From: Minisyncoccota bacterium
GTDB lineage: Bacteria; Patescibacteriota; Minisyncoccia; Phycocordibacterales; UBA2100
Assembly (NCBI GenBank): GCA_043780835.1
Contig: JAYWCB010000010.1
Location: 66,845 to 130,844 of the forward strand
DNA: 64,000 nucleotides
Reading direction: 5' to 3'
Shown: positions 18,466-27,889 of the stretch, piece after piece
How the letters are laid out: the number at the start of each line of letters is the position of its first letter
How positions within the stretch are numbered: position 1 is the first letter of the stretch
Notes under the pieces: generated by a model
What the model saw: the letters and a program-made list of their open reading frames with translations, nothing else
Database searches by the model: none
Told to the model about the DNA's origin: nothing
Translations under genes and position numbers: made by a program

Positions 18466-18495
18466 GAAAAACAGCACGCAGGTGCTGTTTTTTTA
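18466..18495. terminator. Bidirectional rho-independent terminator
   Basis: aaaaacagcacgcaggtgctgttttttt: GC stem flanked by an A-run and a T-run. Terminates the plus transcript and the minus-strand tRNA-Lys. Confidence 0.6.
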
Positions 18496-18500
18496 TCATG

Positions 18501-18573
18501 TGCGCCCACCAGGATTCGAACCTGGGACCGTCTCCTTAAAAGGGAGCTGCTCTACCAACTGAGCTATGAGCGC
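18501..18573 (-). tRNA. tRNA-Lys (anticodon UUU)
   Basis: Reverse complement GCGCUCAUAGCUCAGUUGGUAGAGCAGCUCCCUUUUAAGGAGACGGUCCCAGGUUCGAAUCCUGGUGGGCGCA. Canonical arms; anticodon loop CUUUUAA. Confidence 0.85.
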
Positions 18574-18636
18574 AAGTGTCGAAAATATAGCACCCCATTG
18601 CGGTGTGAGCGAGCGGAGGTGTGTTACTGTTTTTTT

Positions 18637-19107
18637 ATGGACCCCCTCATTATCTTCGGAGCGAAGTATCTCATCATCGTTTCCGCTGTTATCACACTCT
18701 GGATCATATCAATGCTCCCCTCGCGCGAGCGCGTGCGCTTCACCATACTGCTCATGATCTCGCTTCCGCTCGCGTACGTGCTCGCGAAAATCGCCGGGCA
18801 TTTCTACATCAATCCACGGCCGTTTGTTGTTGGACATTTCATACCGCTTGTACAACACGGAGCGGACAACGGATTTCCGTCTGATCACACCCTCCTTGCC
18901 GCTTCGCTTGCCGCAGCAGTTACCCTGATTCGACCCCGCGTCGGTATCGCACTGTGGATCATCGCTATTGTTGTCGGTATATGCCGAGTACTTGCCGGTG
19001 TTCACCATGGAATCGATATCATCGGCTCAATTGTGATTGCATCCCTTGCGGTATATGCGACACATCGTTTGCTCAGCTCGCGATTGCCGCGCTTCTTGCG
19101 CGACTAA
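18637..19107 (+). CDS. PAP2-family phosphatase (undecaprenyl-diphosphatase-like)
   Basis: Motifs FPSDHT and GVHHGIDI (PAP2 signature). Start MDPLIIF chosen because the track ORF start overlaps the tRNA. Confidence 0.65.
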   Translation: MDPLIIFGAKYLIIVSAVITLWIISMLPSRERVRFTILLMISLPLAYVLAKIAGHFYINPRPFVVGHFIPLVQHGADNGFPSDHTLLAASLAAAVTLIRPRVGIALWIIAIVVGICRVLAGVHHGIDIIGSIVIASLAVYATHRLLSSRLPRFLRD

Positions 19108-20840
19108 AGCGCCATTTGTACGGTTACGTTGTCAGTCAAATGCGCACCGTTTGGCGCAACGCACGAGATTGTAAACGTGGTCGACTGAGTGAGCGGCACC
19201 GTGGAAGCACCGCCCTTGAGAGAGGTGTGTGTAAAGCTGCCGTCCGGCGAGGTTTCGATGCAGTCTTTCACACCCTGTGTGTTCCAAAAAATTGAGGTGC
19301 GCGCTCCGAGTGGCACCGAAGGAGGCGAAGCCCATATATCAACCTTTGCCGTATTTTGAATCGTAGCCGGAGCGGATGTTGCCGTTACAGGCGGTTTTGT
19401 GCCGCCGATCGTTGTTTTTACCGTCGTTGGCCGAAATGTGGTGATCGTCGCAGTCGGCGCAATGGCGCTCGGTGGCTTTTGTCCGACAGTGTAACCGCGC
19501 AATGTGCACAAAGAATCAAAAAATGTGGATGGGATGATAAACGATAAGAAATTCTTTGACCATGGGCGGTTGATGCACATGCGAGCAATAGCCCCTTGTG
19601 ATTTACCTGTCGTGCTGTTCGTTCCATAAAAGCCGGCCACGCCTGAATTGCCGTCGCGAACACCCGCGATGATGGTCGTGCCGTTGGCAAGAATTTTTAC
19701 ATCGCCATATGCACCCGCGGGTACGTTTTTTTGAATAATACTCTGCACAATCGATTGCGGCGTGTTGAAATTGAGTGACGCGCCCGTCGAATTAGACCCA
19801 CCGGTCGAGGCGCTTCCGCCGCTCGTGTTAGACCCGCCAGTTCCGTTATTCGATACCGACCCATTGTCATTCAGATTCGTAAGCGGTGTATTAAAGCGTG
19901 AGCCACTGATATTTGTTGCGTTACCGTTTGTGAATATTGCGTCGTGTGTGTTGGTGGTTCCGCCGGTAGTATTTCCGGATGCACAATCAGGCGCATTGAG
20001 ACAATTACTATGCGTGAGCGGCGTGGGAGTGTCCGGCCGTGGCGTATCTGTTGCAGTCGCGGCTGTAACGTTTAAGTTCACACCGCCGCGCACTTCTGAA
20101 GTCTGTGCGTTTTTGATGCGAGCTGCATACAATCCGATGAGGGTATAGGTATGTGCCGTTGTTTCTGATGTACCGCTGCAGACCGTTGATGTGTGCGTGG
20201 GAAGCTGTTCGGTGTTTCCGTCTCCGTAGTCTATAAGCAAAAGCGATGTTGGGCATGCGGTCGTACCGTTGGTGAACGCAAACGTAACCTTGAGCGGTAC
20301 AGGACCCTCGGTCGGCGTGGCAACGAGGCCGCCGGTTGGATCTGTTGCACTCGTCACCGTGGTGTCGAGGTTTTTGTCATAGAAATAGCAGGTGGAATTA
20401 CTCTGTGAGAGCGCCTTATCACCGGTCGGCTGCATCGTGGTACAGCTGTTTGGATCGGTTGAACCGCTGCCGCTTCCACTACCGCCCCCTCCCCCACCTC
20501 CTTTCATTGCCTCCATGAGTTTACCGAGCAGTTCTCCAAGTTTTGAAAGACCCGCGTCCGGTCCCTTACCGTCACTTGTACCGGTTGCCTGACATTTCGG
20601 CGGAATGGTGCTTACGCATTTTCCATTCGTTGTGAATCCGCTTGTCATATCTTTGCAGGGTTTATTTATCGTCCCGCCTCCTGCCTTATCGCATTTTCCC
20701 GTCGGACCTTTTCCAAGAGGACATTGAGCAGTTCCGATACATTCCATATCTGCTGCCTCGCCTTCCGCCAAAGAAACGAACGGTGCCGCCAGAAGCAGCG
20801 TACAAAATATCAAGAGCACTACACGACTACGTGCCAACAT
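19104..20840 (-). CDS. Secreted Cys/Gly-rich surface protein, paralog A
   Basis: Signal peptide MLARSRVVLLIFCTLLLAAPFVSLAEG. Blocks GTSDGKGPDAGLSKLGELLGKLMEAMKGGGGGGGS, LNFNTPQSIVQSIIQKNVPAGAYGDVKIL and C-terminal DIWASPPSVPLGARTSIFWNTQGVKDCIETSPDGS...TISCV. Confidence 0.55.
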   Translation of the reverse strand: MLARSRVVLLIFCTLLLAAPFVSLAEGEAADMECIGTAQCPLGKGPTGKCDKAGGGTINKPCKDMTSGFTTNGKCVSTIPPKCQATGTSDGKGPDAGLSKLGELLGKLMEAMKGGGGGGGSGSGSGSTDPNSCTTMQPTGDKALSQSNSTCYFYDKNLDTTVTSATDPTGGLVATPTEGPVPLKVTFAFTNGTTACPTSLLLIDYGDGNTEQLPTHTSTVCSGTSETTAHTYTLIGLYAARIKNAQTSEVRGGVNLNVTAATATDTPRPDTPTPLTHSNCLNAPDCASGNTTGGTTNTHDAIFTNGNATNISGSRFNTPLTNLNDNGSVSNNGTGGSNTSGGSASTGGSNSTGASLNFNTPQSIVQSIIQKNVPAGAYGDVKILANGTTIIAGVRDGNSGVAGFYGTNSTTGKSQGAIARMCINRPWSKNFLSFIIPSTFFDSLCTLRGYTVGQKPPSAIAPTATITTFRPTTVKTTIGGTKPPVTATSAPATIQNTAKVDIWASPPSVPLGARTSIFWNTQGVKDCIETSPDGSFTHTSLKGGASTVPLTQSTTFTISCVAPNGAHLTDNVTVQMAL

Positions 20841-20894
20841 GCGATAAATCGTAACACACAGACGAGCACCTAAGGTGCTATGCGCATTCCGTGA

Positions 20895-22394
20895 CTACGG
20901 CGCCATGAGCACCGTCACGTGATTGTTCAAATGCACTCCGTTCGATGCAACACAGGAGATGGTATACGTGGTCGACTGCGTAAGTGGCACGGTCGAGGCG
21001 CCGCCTTTGAGCGATGCGTGTGTAAAACTGCCGTCCGCCGAAGTCTCGATACAATCTGTGACTCCTTGTGTGTTCCAAAAAATCGAAGTGCGCGCACCGA
21101 GCGGAACCGTAGGAGGCGAAGCCCAGATATCAACGACGGCAGTGGGAGCTGATGAAGTTGCCGCGACGGGCTTCTGGGTGGCGGTTCTCTGTATATTCAC
21201 GGTTTTTTGGTTTCCGGTTTTGTCGAATTGCGAAATGACTGCTGCATCGGGTTGAGTTTTTGCTGTGCCAATTACGTATCCCCGACCTGTGCAGAGCGAA
21301 TCAAAGAACGATGCCGGAATAATGTACGCAAGCACATTTGAAGCCCACGGACGGGTGCTGCACAAGCGCGTAACAGTGCCGAACCGCCCGCTCGCGTTGC
21401 GAGCGCTATTCGCTCCGTAGAATCCCGATACTCCTGCATTACCGTCTCGAGCGGCGACGATAATCGTCGTTCCATTGTCGAGGATTTTCACATCGCCATA
21501 CGGACCTGCCGGCACATTTTTCTGAATGATGCTTTGCACAATTGATTGTGGCGTATTGAAATTAAGCGCGGCGCCCACACCGTCGTTTGTACCACCGGTT
21601 GAGGCGCTGCTGCCCGTGGAATAGTTTCCCGCCGACCCGCCCGTCGAAACAGATCCGCTGTTATTCAAATTAGTGAGCGGCGTTGTAAACAACACTTTAC
21701 CGATGTTCGATAGTCCGTTGCCAGTAAACGCAGCGTTATGTATGCCGGCGAGGTCTGCGAGCGAATTTGTACCTCCTGTCGTTGCATGCGTTTCTACCGA
21801 CGGCGTGTCAGACGCGGTAAACGTTGCTGCGTTTACCCTCACATTTAAGCCACCTGATGATTGTTGAGACGCACTCCACGTATCAAATGCATTGAAAGAC
21901 GAGCCTGATGAACCTCCGTACGTACACGCACTGTTCGTCCCGGACGATGACGCGTCTACCGGTTGCATCGTCGTACAAATCTGACTGTTCAAACCGAATG
22001 ATGATGAGGCGTCCCCGCTTTCACCACCGCCACCTCCTCCGCCACCTCCCCCCTTCAAGGACTCCATGAGTTTGCCGAGAATTTCACCGAGCTTGGAGAG
22101 CCCTGCATCGGGCCCTTTACCGTCACTTGTGCCTTCGGCCTGACACTTGAATGTAGAGACGCATTTCCCAGACGTGGTAAATCCATTGGTCGAATCCGAG
22201 CACGGACACATGAACTTGTTCGGTGCGCCGACACATCCTTTTTTTGGAACAAATTTCGGTGAACATATACATGGATCCGGATCCGCAGGTACACACATGG
22301 CATCTGCCTCAGTACCCATTGCACGCGATATAAAAGGAGAAATCAAAAGGATGGCGCCGATGGCGAGCAACGCAACCCGGCCGCGTGTTTTCAT
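20895..22394 (-). CDS. Secreted Cys/Gly-rich surface protein, paralog B (tandem duplicate of A)
   Basis: Signal MKTRGRVALLAIGAILLISPFISRAMG. Same conserved blocks as paralog A and a nearly identical C-terminal 80 aa. Upstream leader catgcgataaatcgta is also duplicated. Confidence 0.55.
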   Translation of the reverse strand: MKTRGRVALLAIGAILLISPFISRAMGTEADAMCVPADPDPCICSPKFVPKKGCVGAPNKFMCPCSDSTNGFTTSGKCVSTFKCQAEGTSDGKGPDAGLSKLGEILGKLMESLKGGGGGGGGGGESGDASSSFGLNSQICTTMQPVDASSSGTNSACTYGGSSGSSFNAFDTWSASQQSSGGLNVRVNAATFTASDTPSVETHATTGGTNSLADLAGIHNAAFTGNGLSNIGKVLFTTPLTNLNNSGSVSTGGSAGNYSTGSSASTGGTNDGVGAALNFNTPQSIVQSIIQKNVPAGPYGDVKILDNGTTIIVAARDGNAGVSGFYGANSARNASGRFGTVTRLCSTRPWASNVLAYIIPASFFDSLCTGRGYVIGTAKTQPDAAVISQFDKTGNQKTVNIQRTATQKPVAATSSAPTAVVDIWASPPTVPLGARTSIFWNTQGVTDCIETSADGSFTHASLKGGASTVPLTQSTTYTISCVASNGVHLNNHVTVLMAP

Positions 22395-22407
22395 GCGATA
22401 AATCGTA

Positions 22408-23037
22408 TCACGCGCTCGAAAGCACAAAGTGCTCAAGCGCGTACTCAAGATCGAATCCCGAACGTCGTGCTTCATGCGGCAATTGCGCGAGCGTCGCTAC
22501 GAGTTTTTTTGCGCGCTCATCGGACGGTTTGCGCAGGAGCGCGTCTTTCGCAGCGTAAAAAAGGATGCCGTGAATGGCTTCAGGGGCTTTCCCCGCGTGT
22601 ATTTCTTTTTGATAGGCAACCCACAAATCTTTTTTCTTGCCGTCTTGGAGTGGCCGCACAAGATTGAAGATCGATTCTTTCACTGCACTTTTGGTCGCGT
22701 CATATTTCTCGCTCTTTTCTGCGAACTTCTCGATCTGTTTTCGCGTAGGCGTATCAATTGCGCCCTCATAGATATAAAACACGTCGGTCGATGCTTTCAG
22801 TTGCGGGAGCCGCTCGAGTACGATGGCGCGCATGTCCTCGTGCGTGAGCGTACTATCAAGCACGACCACGCGCGCTCCCCCGAACATGCCGCCGCCCATG
22901 AGCGCGGCTTCGAGGTCATTGAGCGTGTGTGCGTCGGTGATTCGAAACAATTCTACCTGTGCGACTTTTTCTTCGAGCTCAATATTCAAACGCGTGCGCG
23001 AACGTTCTGTATCTGTCCCGCTATACAAAAACAACAT
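22408..23037 (-). CDS. Short DNA polymerase III delta (HolA)-like protein
   Basis: 209 aa; weak resemblance to the delta N-terminal domain; directly downstream of polA on the same strand. Tentative. Confidence 0.4.
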   Translation of the reverse strand: MLFLYSGTDTERSRTRLNIELEEKVAQVELFRITDAHTLNDLEAALMGGGMFGGARVVVLDSTLTHEDMRAIVLERLPQLKASTDVFYIYEGAIDTPTRKQIEKFAEKSEKYDATKSAVKESIFNLVRPLQDGKKKDLWVAYQKEIHAGKAPEAIHGILFYAAKDALLRKPSDERAKKLVATLAQLPHEARRSGFDLEYALEHFVLSSA

Positions 23038-23149
23038 AGCTCCATCCTACCGTGGAGCGAAATAAATAACATCTTGAGAAGCCCTTCGCAGCGTGGCGAC
23101 GCGAGAAGAGCAAAAACGCAGCAGCGTTTTATGCGTGCTTCGAAAGAAG

Positions 23150-25654
23150 TTATTTATTTCGCGCAACTCTCTCTACATTCCCCCACGTCGTTCCGATCGA
23201 CATGTCTGCAATGATAGGCACTCCGGAAAGCAACGCCGGATCGACGACTGATTCCATGACACTCCGCAGTGCTTCGCCGATTTCTTCCACATCATTGTCA
23301 TCAATTTCGTATACGAGTTCATCGTGAACCTGCATCAAGAGTTTCGCGCGCTCTCGCCATCCTTTTTGTTCTATCATCTCATCGGCAACCACCATCGCAC
23401 GCTTGATGATGTCGGCCTGGGTACCCTGAATTGGTGCGTTGATCGCCATGCGCTCAGCCTGTGCCTTGATATTTGGGAGAGGCGACTGGAATCCCGGAAA
23501 GTATCTCCGTCGTCCGTACAGTGTTTCTGTGTAGCCCTGGCGTTGCGCGTCCGCTTTCGTCTTTTCAATATAGCGCGCAACGCCGGCAAAGTTTTTGAAG
23601 TATTCAGAAAGGAACGTGGCGGCTTCATCGCGACTCACTCCCGCTCCAAGGTTTTGGCGTAATGCATTCACACCCATGCCGTACAAGATGCCGAAATTTA
23701 TTACTTTTGCGCGTCGTCGCATTTCTTTATCGACATGCTCGGGTGGTACGCCGAAAACTTGTGCCGCGGTTGCGGCGTGCACGTCTTCTCCGCGCCGAAA
23801 AACCCCGGTGAGAATTTCGTCACCGGACAACCCGGCCGCGATTCGCAATTCAATCTGCGAGTAATCAATCGCAACAAGCTTCTTACCCTGTGGCGCAATA
23901 AATCCGGTACGAATGCGTCTGCCGAGTTCTGTTTTTATCGGAATATTCTGTAGATTCGGGTCCTGACACGACATGCGCCCCGTGGCTGATCCGTTTTGTA
24001 CAAATTCAGTGCGAAGTCGCCCGTCATCCGACACCATCTTGGGCATCTTTTCAATATAGGTGCCGAGCAGCTTCTGCAATTCGCGATAAGAAAGCACATC
24101 CATGATGATGGGGTGCTGATCTGCCATCTTGAGCAGCTCCTCTTCACGCGTCGTGCGAGCGCCCGTTGCGGTTTTCTTTTGTCTTTCGGGTGTGATTTTC
24201 AGTTCGTCGTAGAGCACATCGCCCAATTGCTTCGGTGAATTGATATTGAACTCATGTCCGACATATCCGAATATGCGCAATCCGATTTTTGAAAGCTCTG
24301 CGGCGTATTCTTTTTCGAGCGCGTTCAAATATTTCACATCAAGCATGATGCCGGTCGCGTTCATGCGATTCACCACAGGAATGAGCGGGCCTTCAATTTC
24401 GTTAAACACGAGTTCAAGACGACCGGTTTCGCGCAGTTGGGCAAATATATAGTCGCGCGCCTCACTAAAATCTTGCGTTTTCGCAAACGAAAGAATGTCT
24501 TGCACGCTCGGCGCAACAACATCGCTTTTCAGCAGCCAGAGCGCAACCGCGAGCTCTTTTATCTGTGCAGCATCAACAACCGCATCGCTCTCACCCACCG
24601 GTTGCACGGTCGCTTCACTCAACCCCAACGCGCCCTTGAGCCGCTGTCGTATGGAGTGAAATTCGAATGCCTCGAGCATTGGGCCGATGGTGTCTGCGAA
24701 TTCTTTCATGTGGTAATGACGCTCGGGCAAGGTGAATCCAATCGGCAAATCGCAATGGATCGTTGCAAGATCTTTTGAAAATTTCGCTTGGCTTTGATTC
24801 ATCGCCACGAGTTCCACGTACTGTTTTCGGACACCCGATTCTTTTGAAACGACTTCTACTCCCTTTTTTTGTAGTGCTTCGTAAATCTTTGGCAATCCGC
24901 CGTATTTCGCAATGAGTTTGCTCGCGCTTCCCGCCCCGACGCCGGGTACGCCAGGAATATTATCGGACGTGTCGCCCACAATGCCTTTGTAATCAATCAC
25001 GTATTCCGGACCGAAACCGTATTTGGCTTTTACTTCTTCTTCGTCATAAATGACCGTATCTGATATGCCGGTACGCATCATAAATACCTTGGTGCGCGGC
25101 CCGACCAATTGCAGGGTGTCGCTATCTCCGGTTGCGATAATGGTTTCCATATCGCTTCGCATACTTGTTTCTCGTGCGATGGTTCCGAGCATGTCGTCGG
25201 CTTCATAGCCGGGCTTTTCATAAACGGGAATGCCAAACGCCTTGAAAATCTCCGGCGCCTGAATGAGTTGTTTGATGAGTGCGTCGTCAATTTGTGCACG
25301 AGTCGCTTTATATGCCTCAAACGTTTCGTGTCGTACTGTTTTTCCTGGCAAGTCACGCGTTGCAATGATGTAGTCAGGTTTGAGCGCATCGTTGATTTTG
25401 AGGAGCATCAAAATAAGCCCATAAAGTGCACCCGTCGGTTCGCCGTTAGTTTTGGCGAAATCCGGTAGCGCGTGATACGCACGGTGCAAAATCGCGTGCG
25501 AATCCAAAAGCACAACTCGTGTCGGCTTGCCGGCATCTTTTGGAAGGGCTTTCCCCATACGCCCGACTGACTTACCCGGTTTATTTGGTTTTTCATCCGT
25601 AGGCGCAACGGAATTTTCAGGCTTCTCCAGTTTTTGCGATGATTTCTTCGCCAT
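23150..25654 (-). CDS. polA: DNA polymerase I (5'-3' exonuclease plus polymerase domains)
   Basis: 5' nuclease motifs (VVLLDSHAILHRAYHAL, GDTSDNIPGVPGVG) and pol motifs (DYSQIELRI, RRRAKVINFGILYGMG, QVHDELV). Start uncertain (Met candidates at 25654 and 25558). Confidence 0.9.
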   Translation of the reverse strand: MAKKSSQKLEKPENSVAPTDEKPNKPGKSVGRMGKALPKDAGKPTRVVLLDSHAILHRAYHALPDFAKTNGEPTGALYGLILMLLKINDALKPDYIIATRDLPGKTVRHETFEAYKATRAQIDDALIKQLIQAPEIFKAFGIPVYEKPGYEADDMLGTIARETSMRSDMETIIATGDSDTLQLVGPRTKVFMMRTGISDTVIYDEEEVKAKYGFGPEYVIDYKGIVGDTSDNIPGVPGVGAGSASKLIAKYGGLPKIYEALQKKGVEVVSKESGVRKQYVELVAMNQSQAKFSKDLATIHCDLPIGFTLPERHYHMKEFADTIGPMLEAFEFHSIRQRLKGALGLSEATVQPVGESDAVVDAAQIKELAVALWLLKSDVVAPSVQDILSFAKTQDFSEARDYIFAQLRETGRLELVFNEIEGPLIPVVNRMNATGIMLDVKYLNALEKEYAAELSKIGLRIFGYVGHEFNINSPKQLGDVLYDELKITPERQKKTATGARTTREEELLKMADQHPIIMDVLSYRELQKLLGTYIEKMPKMVSDDGRLRTEFVQNGSATGRMSCQDPNLQNIPIKTELGRRIRTGFIAPQGKKLVAIDYSQIELRIAAGLSGDEILTGVFRRGEDVHAATAAQVFGVPPEHVDKEMRRRAKVINFGILYGMGVNALRQNLGAGVSRDEAATFLSEYFKNFAGVARYIEKTKADAQRQGYTETLYGRRRYFPGFQSPLPNIKAQAERMAINAPIQGTQADIIKRAMVVADEMIEQKGWRERAKLLMQVHDELVYEIDDNDVEEIGEALRSVMESVVDPALLSGVPIIADMSIGTTWGNVERVARNK

Positions 25655-26072
25655 AGGTAAACGTGATGATACGCCCATCCCCTTCGATGTCGAATCGGAT
25701 GCCGATGGCGTCTTTTGGAATCGCGCCGGGCACTCCCTCGGGCCACTCAAGCACAATAAGGTTTCGTGGATCCGCAATAATCTGCTTCCAGCCGATCGTC
25801 TCAAGTTCCTGTTCATTTTTTAAACGGTACATATCGATATGAATGAGTCTGTCGAACAGCTGGTTTTTCAGTGCATATATTTTCTCAATCACAAACGTCG
25901 GGCTCGTGACAATTTCGCCCACACCGAGTGCCTGTGCGATGCCTTTGGCAAACGTAGTTTTCCCTGCACCCAGCTGTCCGGAGAGCGCTACCACCGTTGC
26001 AGCCTTGCCCGGGCGAAGCGTCGCAACAAAATCTGCTGCTATCTTTGGCATCTCCCGTTCGAGGACTTTCAT
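25617..26072 (-). CDS. tsaE: tRNA threonylcarbamoyladenosine biosynthesis protein TsaE
   Basis: VVALSGQLGAGKTTFAKGIA P-loop and TsaE-like length. Confidence 0.8.
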   Translation of the reverse strand: MKVLEREMPKIAADFVATLRPGKAATVVALSGQLGAGKTTFAKGIAQALGVGEIVTSPTFVIEKIYALKNQLFDRLIHIDMYRLKNEQELETIGWKQIIADPRNLIVLEWPEGVPGAIPKDAIGIRFDIEGDGRIITFTYGEEIIAKTGEA

Positions 26073-26145
26073 ATGCGCATTCTACCCCCTGGAAAACCGA
26101 TCAAAGCGCCATAGGCCACATACTTATGAGATACACTATTGAGAC

Positions 26146-27837
26146 ATGACCGTGTTCAACGAAAAGAAGCAAGACGAACGCCTGCACGAGCTGCGCCTGA
26201 AAGAAGAAGAGGCGCTCGCCGAAATGCTCTCGCATAAATACGGCGTTGATTATGTGGACCTGACGTCAAAATCAATCGATACCGATGCGCTCGGGCTCAT
26301 TCCGGAAGCAGCTGCCCGCTCGTGTGAAATGGCGGCGTTCCGAAAAGTAAATAAACAAGTCATGATGGCGATGCGTTCGCCCGACCGCCCTGATTCCTTA
26401 AAGCAAATCGAAACGGTCGAGCGACTTGGATACCAAGTGCGGCGCTTCATCGCGTCGCAAGCATCGCTTGAGCACGCGTGGGATCGCTATCACGATATTT
26501 CATTTGCTACGCAAACCGAAGCCGGCGTGCTCACGCTCTCGAGCGAGACCATTCAGGAAATGCTGCAGAAGCTCCACACTATAGAAGACGTCAGAAGAGA
26601 AATCGCCGTCAGCACCGAATCAAAAGATGCACACCGTATTTCGCGTGTGCTTGAAATTCTCATGGCGGGCGCGCTTTCACTCGGTGCATCCGACGTGCAC
26701 CTTGAGCCGGAAGATGCGGGCGTTGGCATGCGCTACCGCATGGACGGTGTCCTCTTACAAGTCCTTATGTTTGACGCGCCCACGTATGCGCTTATCTCTG
26801 CGCGATTGAAACTCTTGTCGGGACTGAAACTCAATATAAAAAACATGGCGCAAGACGGCCGCTTCTCGATTGTGGTCGGAGGAAAAGAAATTGAAATACG
26901 TACGTCGATTCTCCCCGGTGCGTATGCAGAAACGATCGTCATGCGTATTCTCGACCCTTCAACGATCGCGCTCCCGATGGAAGTGCTCGGATTCGATAAA
27001 TATTTGATGGAGATCTTTCAGCACGAAATCGCCAAGCCCAACGGGATGATTTTGAATACGGGACCGACCGGTTCCGGGAAAACCACTACCCTCTATGCCT
27101 TCTTGCGCGGCGTTATGAGTTCCGAAATTAAAATCGTAACCATCGAAGATCCGATCGAATACCATTTGCCCGGCGTGGTGCAGACGCAGGTTTCAAAAGA
27201 TTACACATTTGCGCAGGGCTTGCGCTCCACACTACGCCAAGACCCCGATGTGATCATGGTCGGAGAAATCCGCGACGGTGAAGTCGCTTCGACTGCAGTG
27301 AATGCCTCGCTGACCGGCCACCTCGTGTTCTCCACACTGCACACCAACGACGCCGGCGGCACGTTCCCGAGACTTATCGATATGGGTGTCTCACCAGATA
27401 TATTAGGGGCCGCAATCACGACCGCAATGGCGCAACGTCTCGTGCGACGCCTGTGCCCGCACTGCCGTGAAGCGGTGCCAATCCAAGGCGCTGATCGCGC
27501 AACCATGGACAAGCTTCTGAATAACATTCCGCACGCAGACGAATTGCCGGCAAACAAAGACACGATGTGGAAAGCGAAAGGTTGTGTGAAATGCGGCGGT
27601 ATCGGCTACAAAGGACGAATCGCCGTCGTCGAAGTTATTTTGATGGATAAAGAGATAGAAGAATGCGTTCGGCACACGTCGTCGGAGCGCGAAATTTGGG
27701 CGGCGGCCAAACACCAAAGAATCCGCCGCATGGCGCAAGACGGTGCAGTAAAAGTACTCCAAGGCGTAACAACGCTCGACGAACTTGGACGAGTCGTGGA
27801 TTTGAACGACGAAGTAATGCTCTCGACAATCGAATAA
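26146..27837 (+). CDS. pilB: Type IV pilus / type II secretion assembly ATPase (PilB/GspE family)
   Basis: N-terminal GSPII_E N domains, Walker A LNTGPTGSGKTTTLYAFL, Asp/His boxes, and C-terminal tetracysteine CPHC...CVKCGG. Confidence 0.85.
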   Translation: MTVFNEKKQDERLHELRLKEEEALAEMLSHKYGVDYVDLTSKSIDTDALGLIPEAAARSCEMAAFRKVNKQVMMAMRSPDRPDSLKQIETVERLGYQVRRFIASQASLEHAWDRYHDISFATQTEAGVLTLSSETIQEMLQKLHTIEDVRREIAVSTESKDAHRISRVLEILMAGALSLGASDVHLEPEDAGVGMRYRMDGVLLQVLMFDAPTYALISARLKLLSGLKLNIKNMAQDGRFSIVVGGKEIEIRTSILPGAYAETIVMRILDPSTIALPMEVLGFDKYLMEIFQHEIAKPNGMILNTGPTGSGKTTTLYAFLRGVMSSEIKIVTIEDPIEYHLPGVVQTQVSKDYTFAQGLRSTLRQDPDVIMVGEIRDGEVASTAVNASLTGHLVFSTLHTNDAGGTFPRLIDMGVSPDILGAAITTAMAQRLVRRLCPHCREAVPIQGADRATMDKLLNNIPHADELPANKDTMWKAKGCVKCGGIGYKGRIAVVEVILMDKEIEECVRHTSSEREIWAAAKHQRIRRMAQDGAVKVLQGVTTLDELGRVVDLNDEVMLSTIE

Positions 27838-27889
27838 TTCATTGACGCTCCGGTTGCTTTTGTGTACTACGTACGCAGGAGGTAACCCA

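Noticed and set aside
18284-18499. 71-aa minus-strand ORF
   Set aside because: It lies wholly inside a hairpin-rich non-coding region and overlaps the terminator. It is more likely structured RNA or UTR than protein-coding.
20480-20520. Possible CRISPR array or simple-sequence contingency tract (runs of c/g encoding poly-Gly)
   Set aside because: These are not spacer-repeat structures. The tracts are imperfect (ccccctcccccacctcc) and lie in-frame within coding sequence. At most they could be slippage-prone, and no direct evidence of phase variation is visible from a single sequence.
22429-23214. 261-aa plus-strand ORF
   Set aside because: Antisense to the holA-like gene and the polA 3' end; no motifs. 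Considered a shadow ORF.
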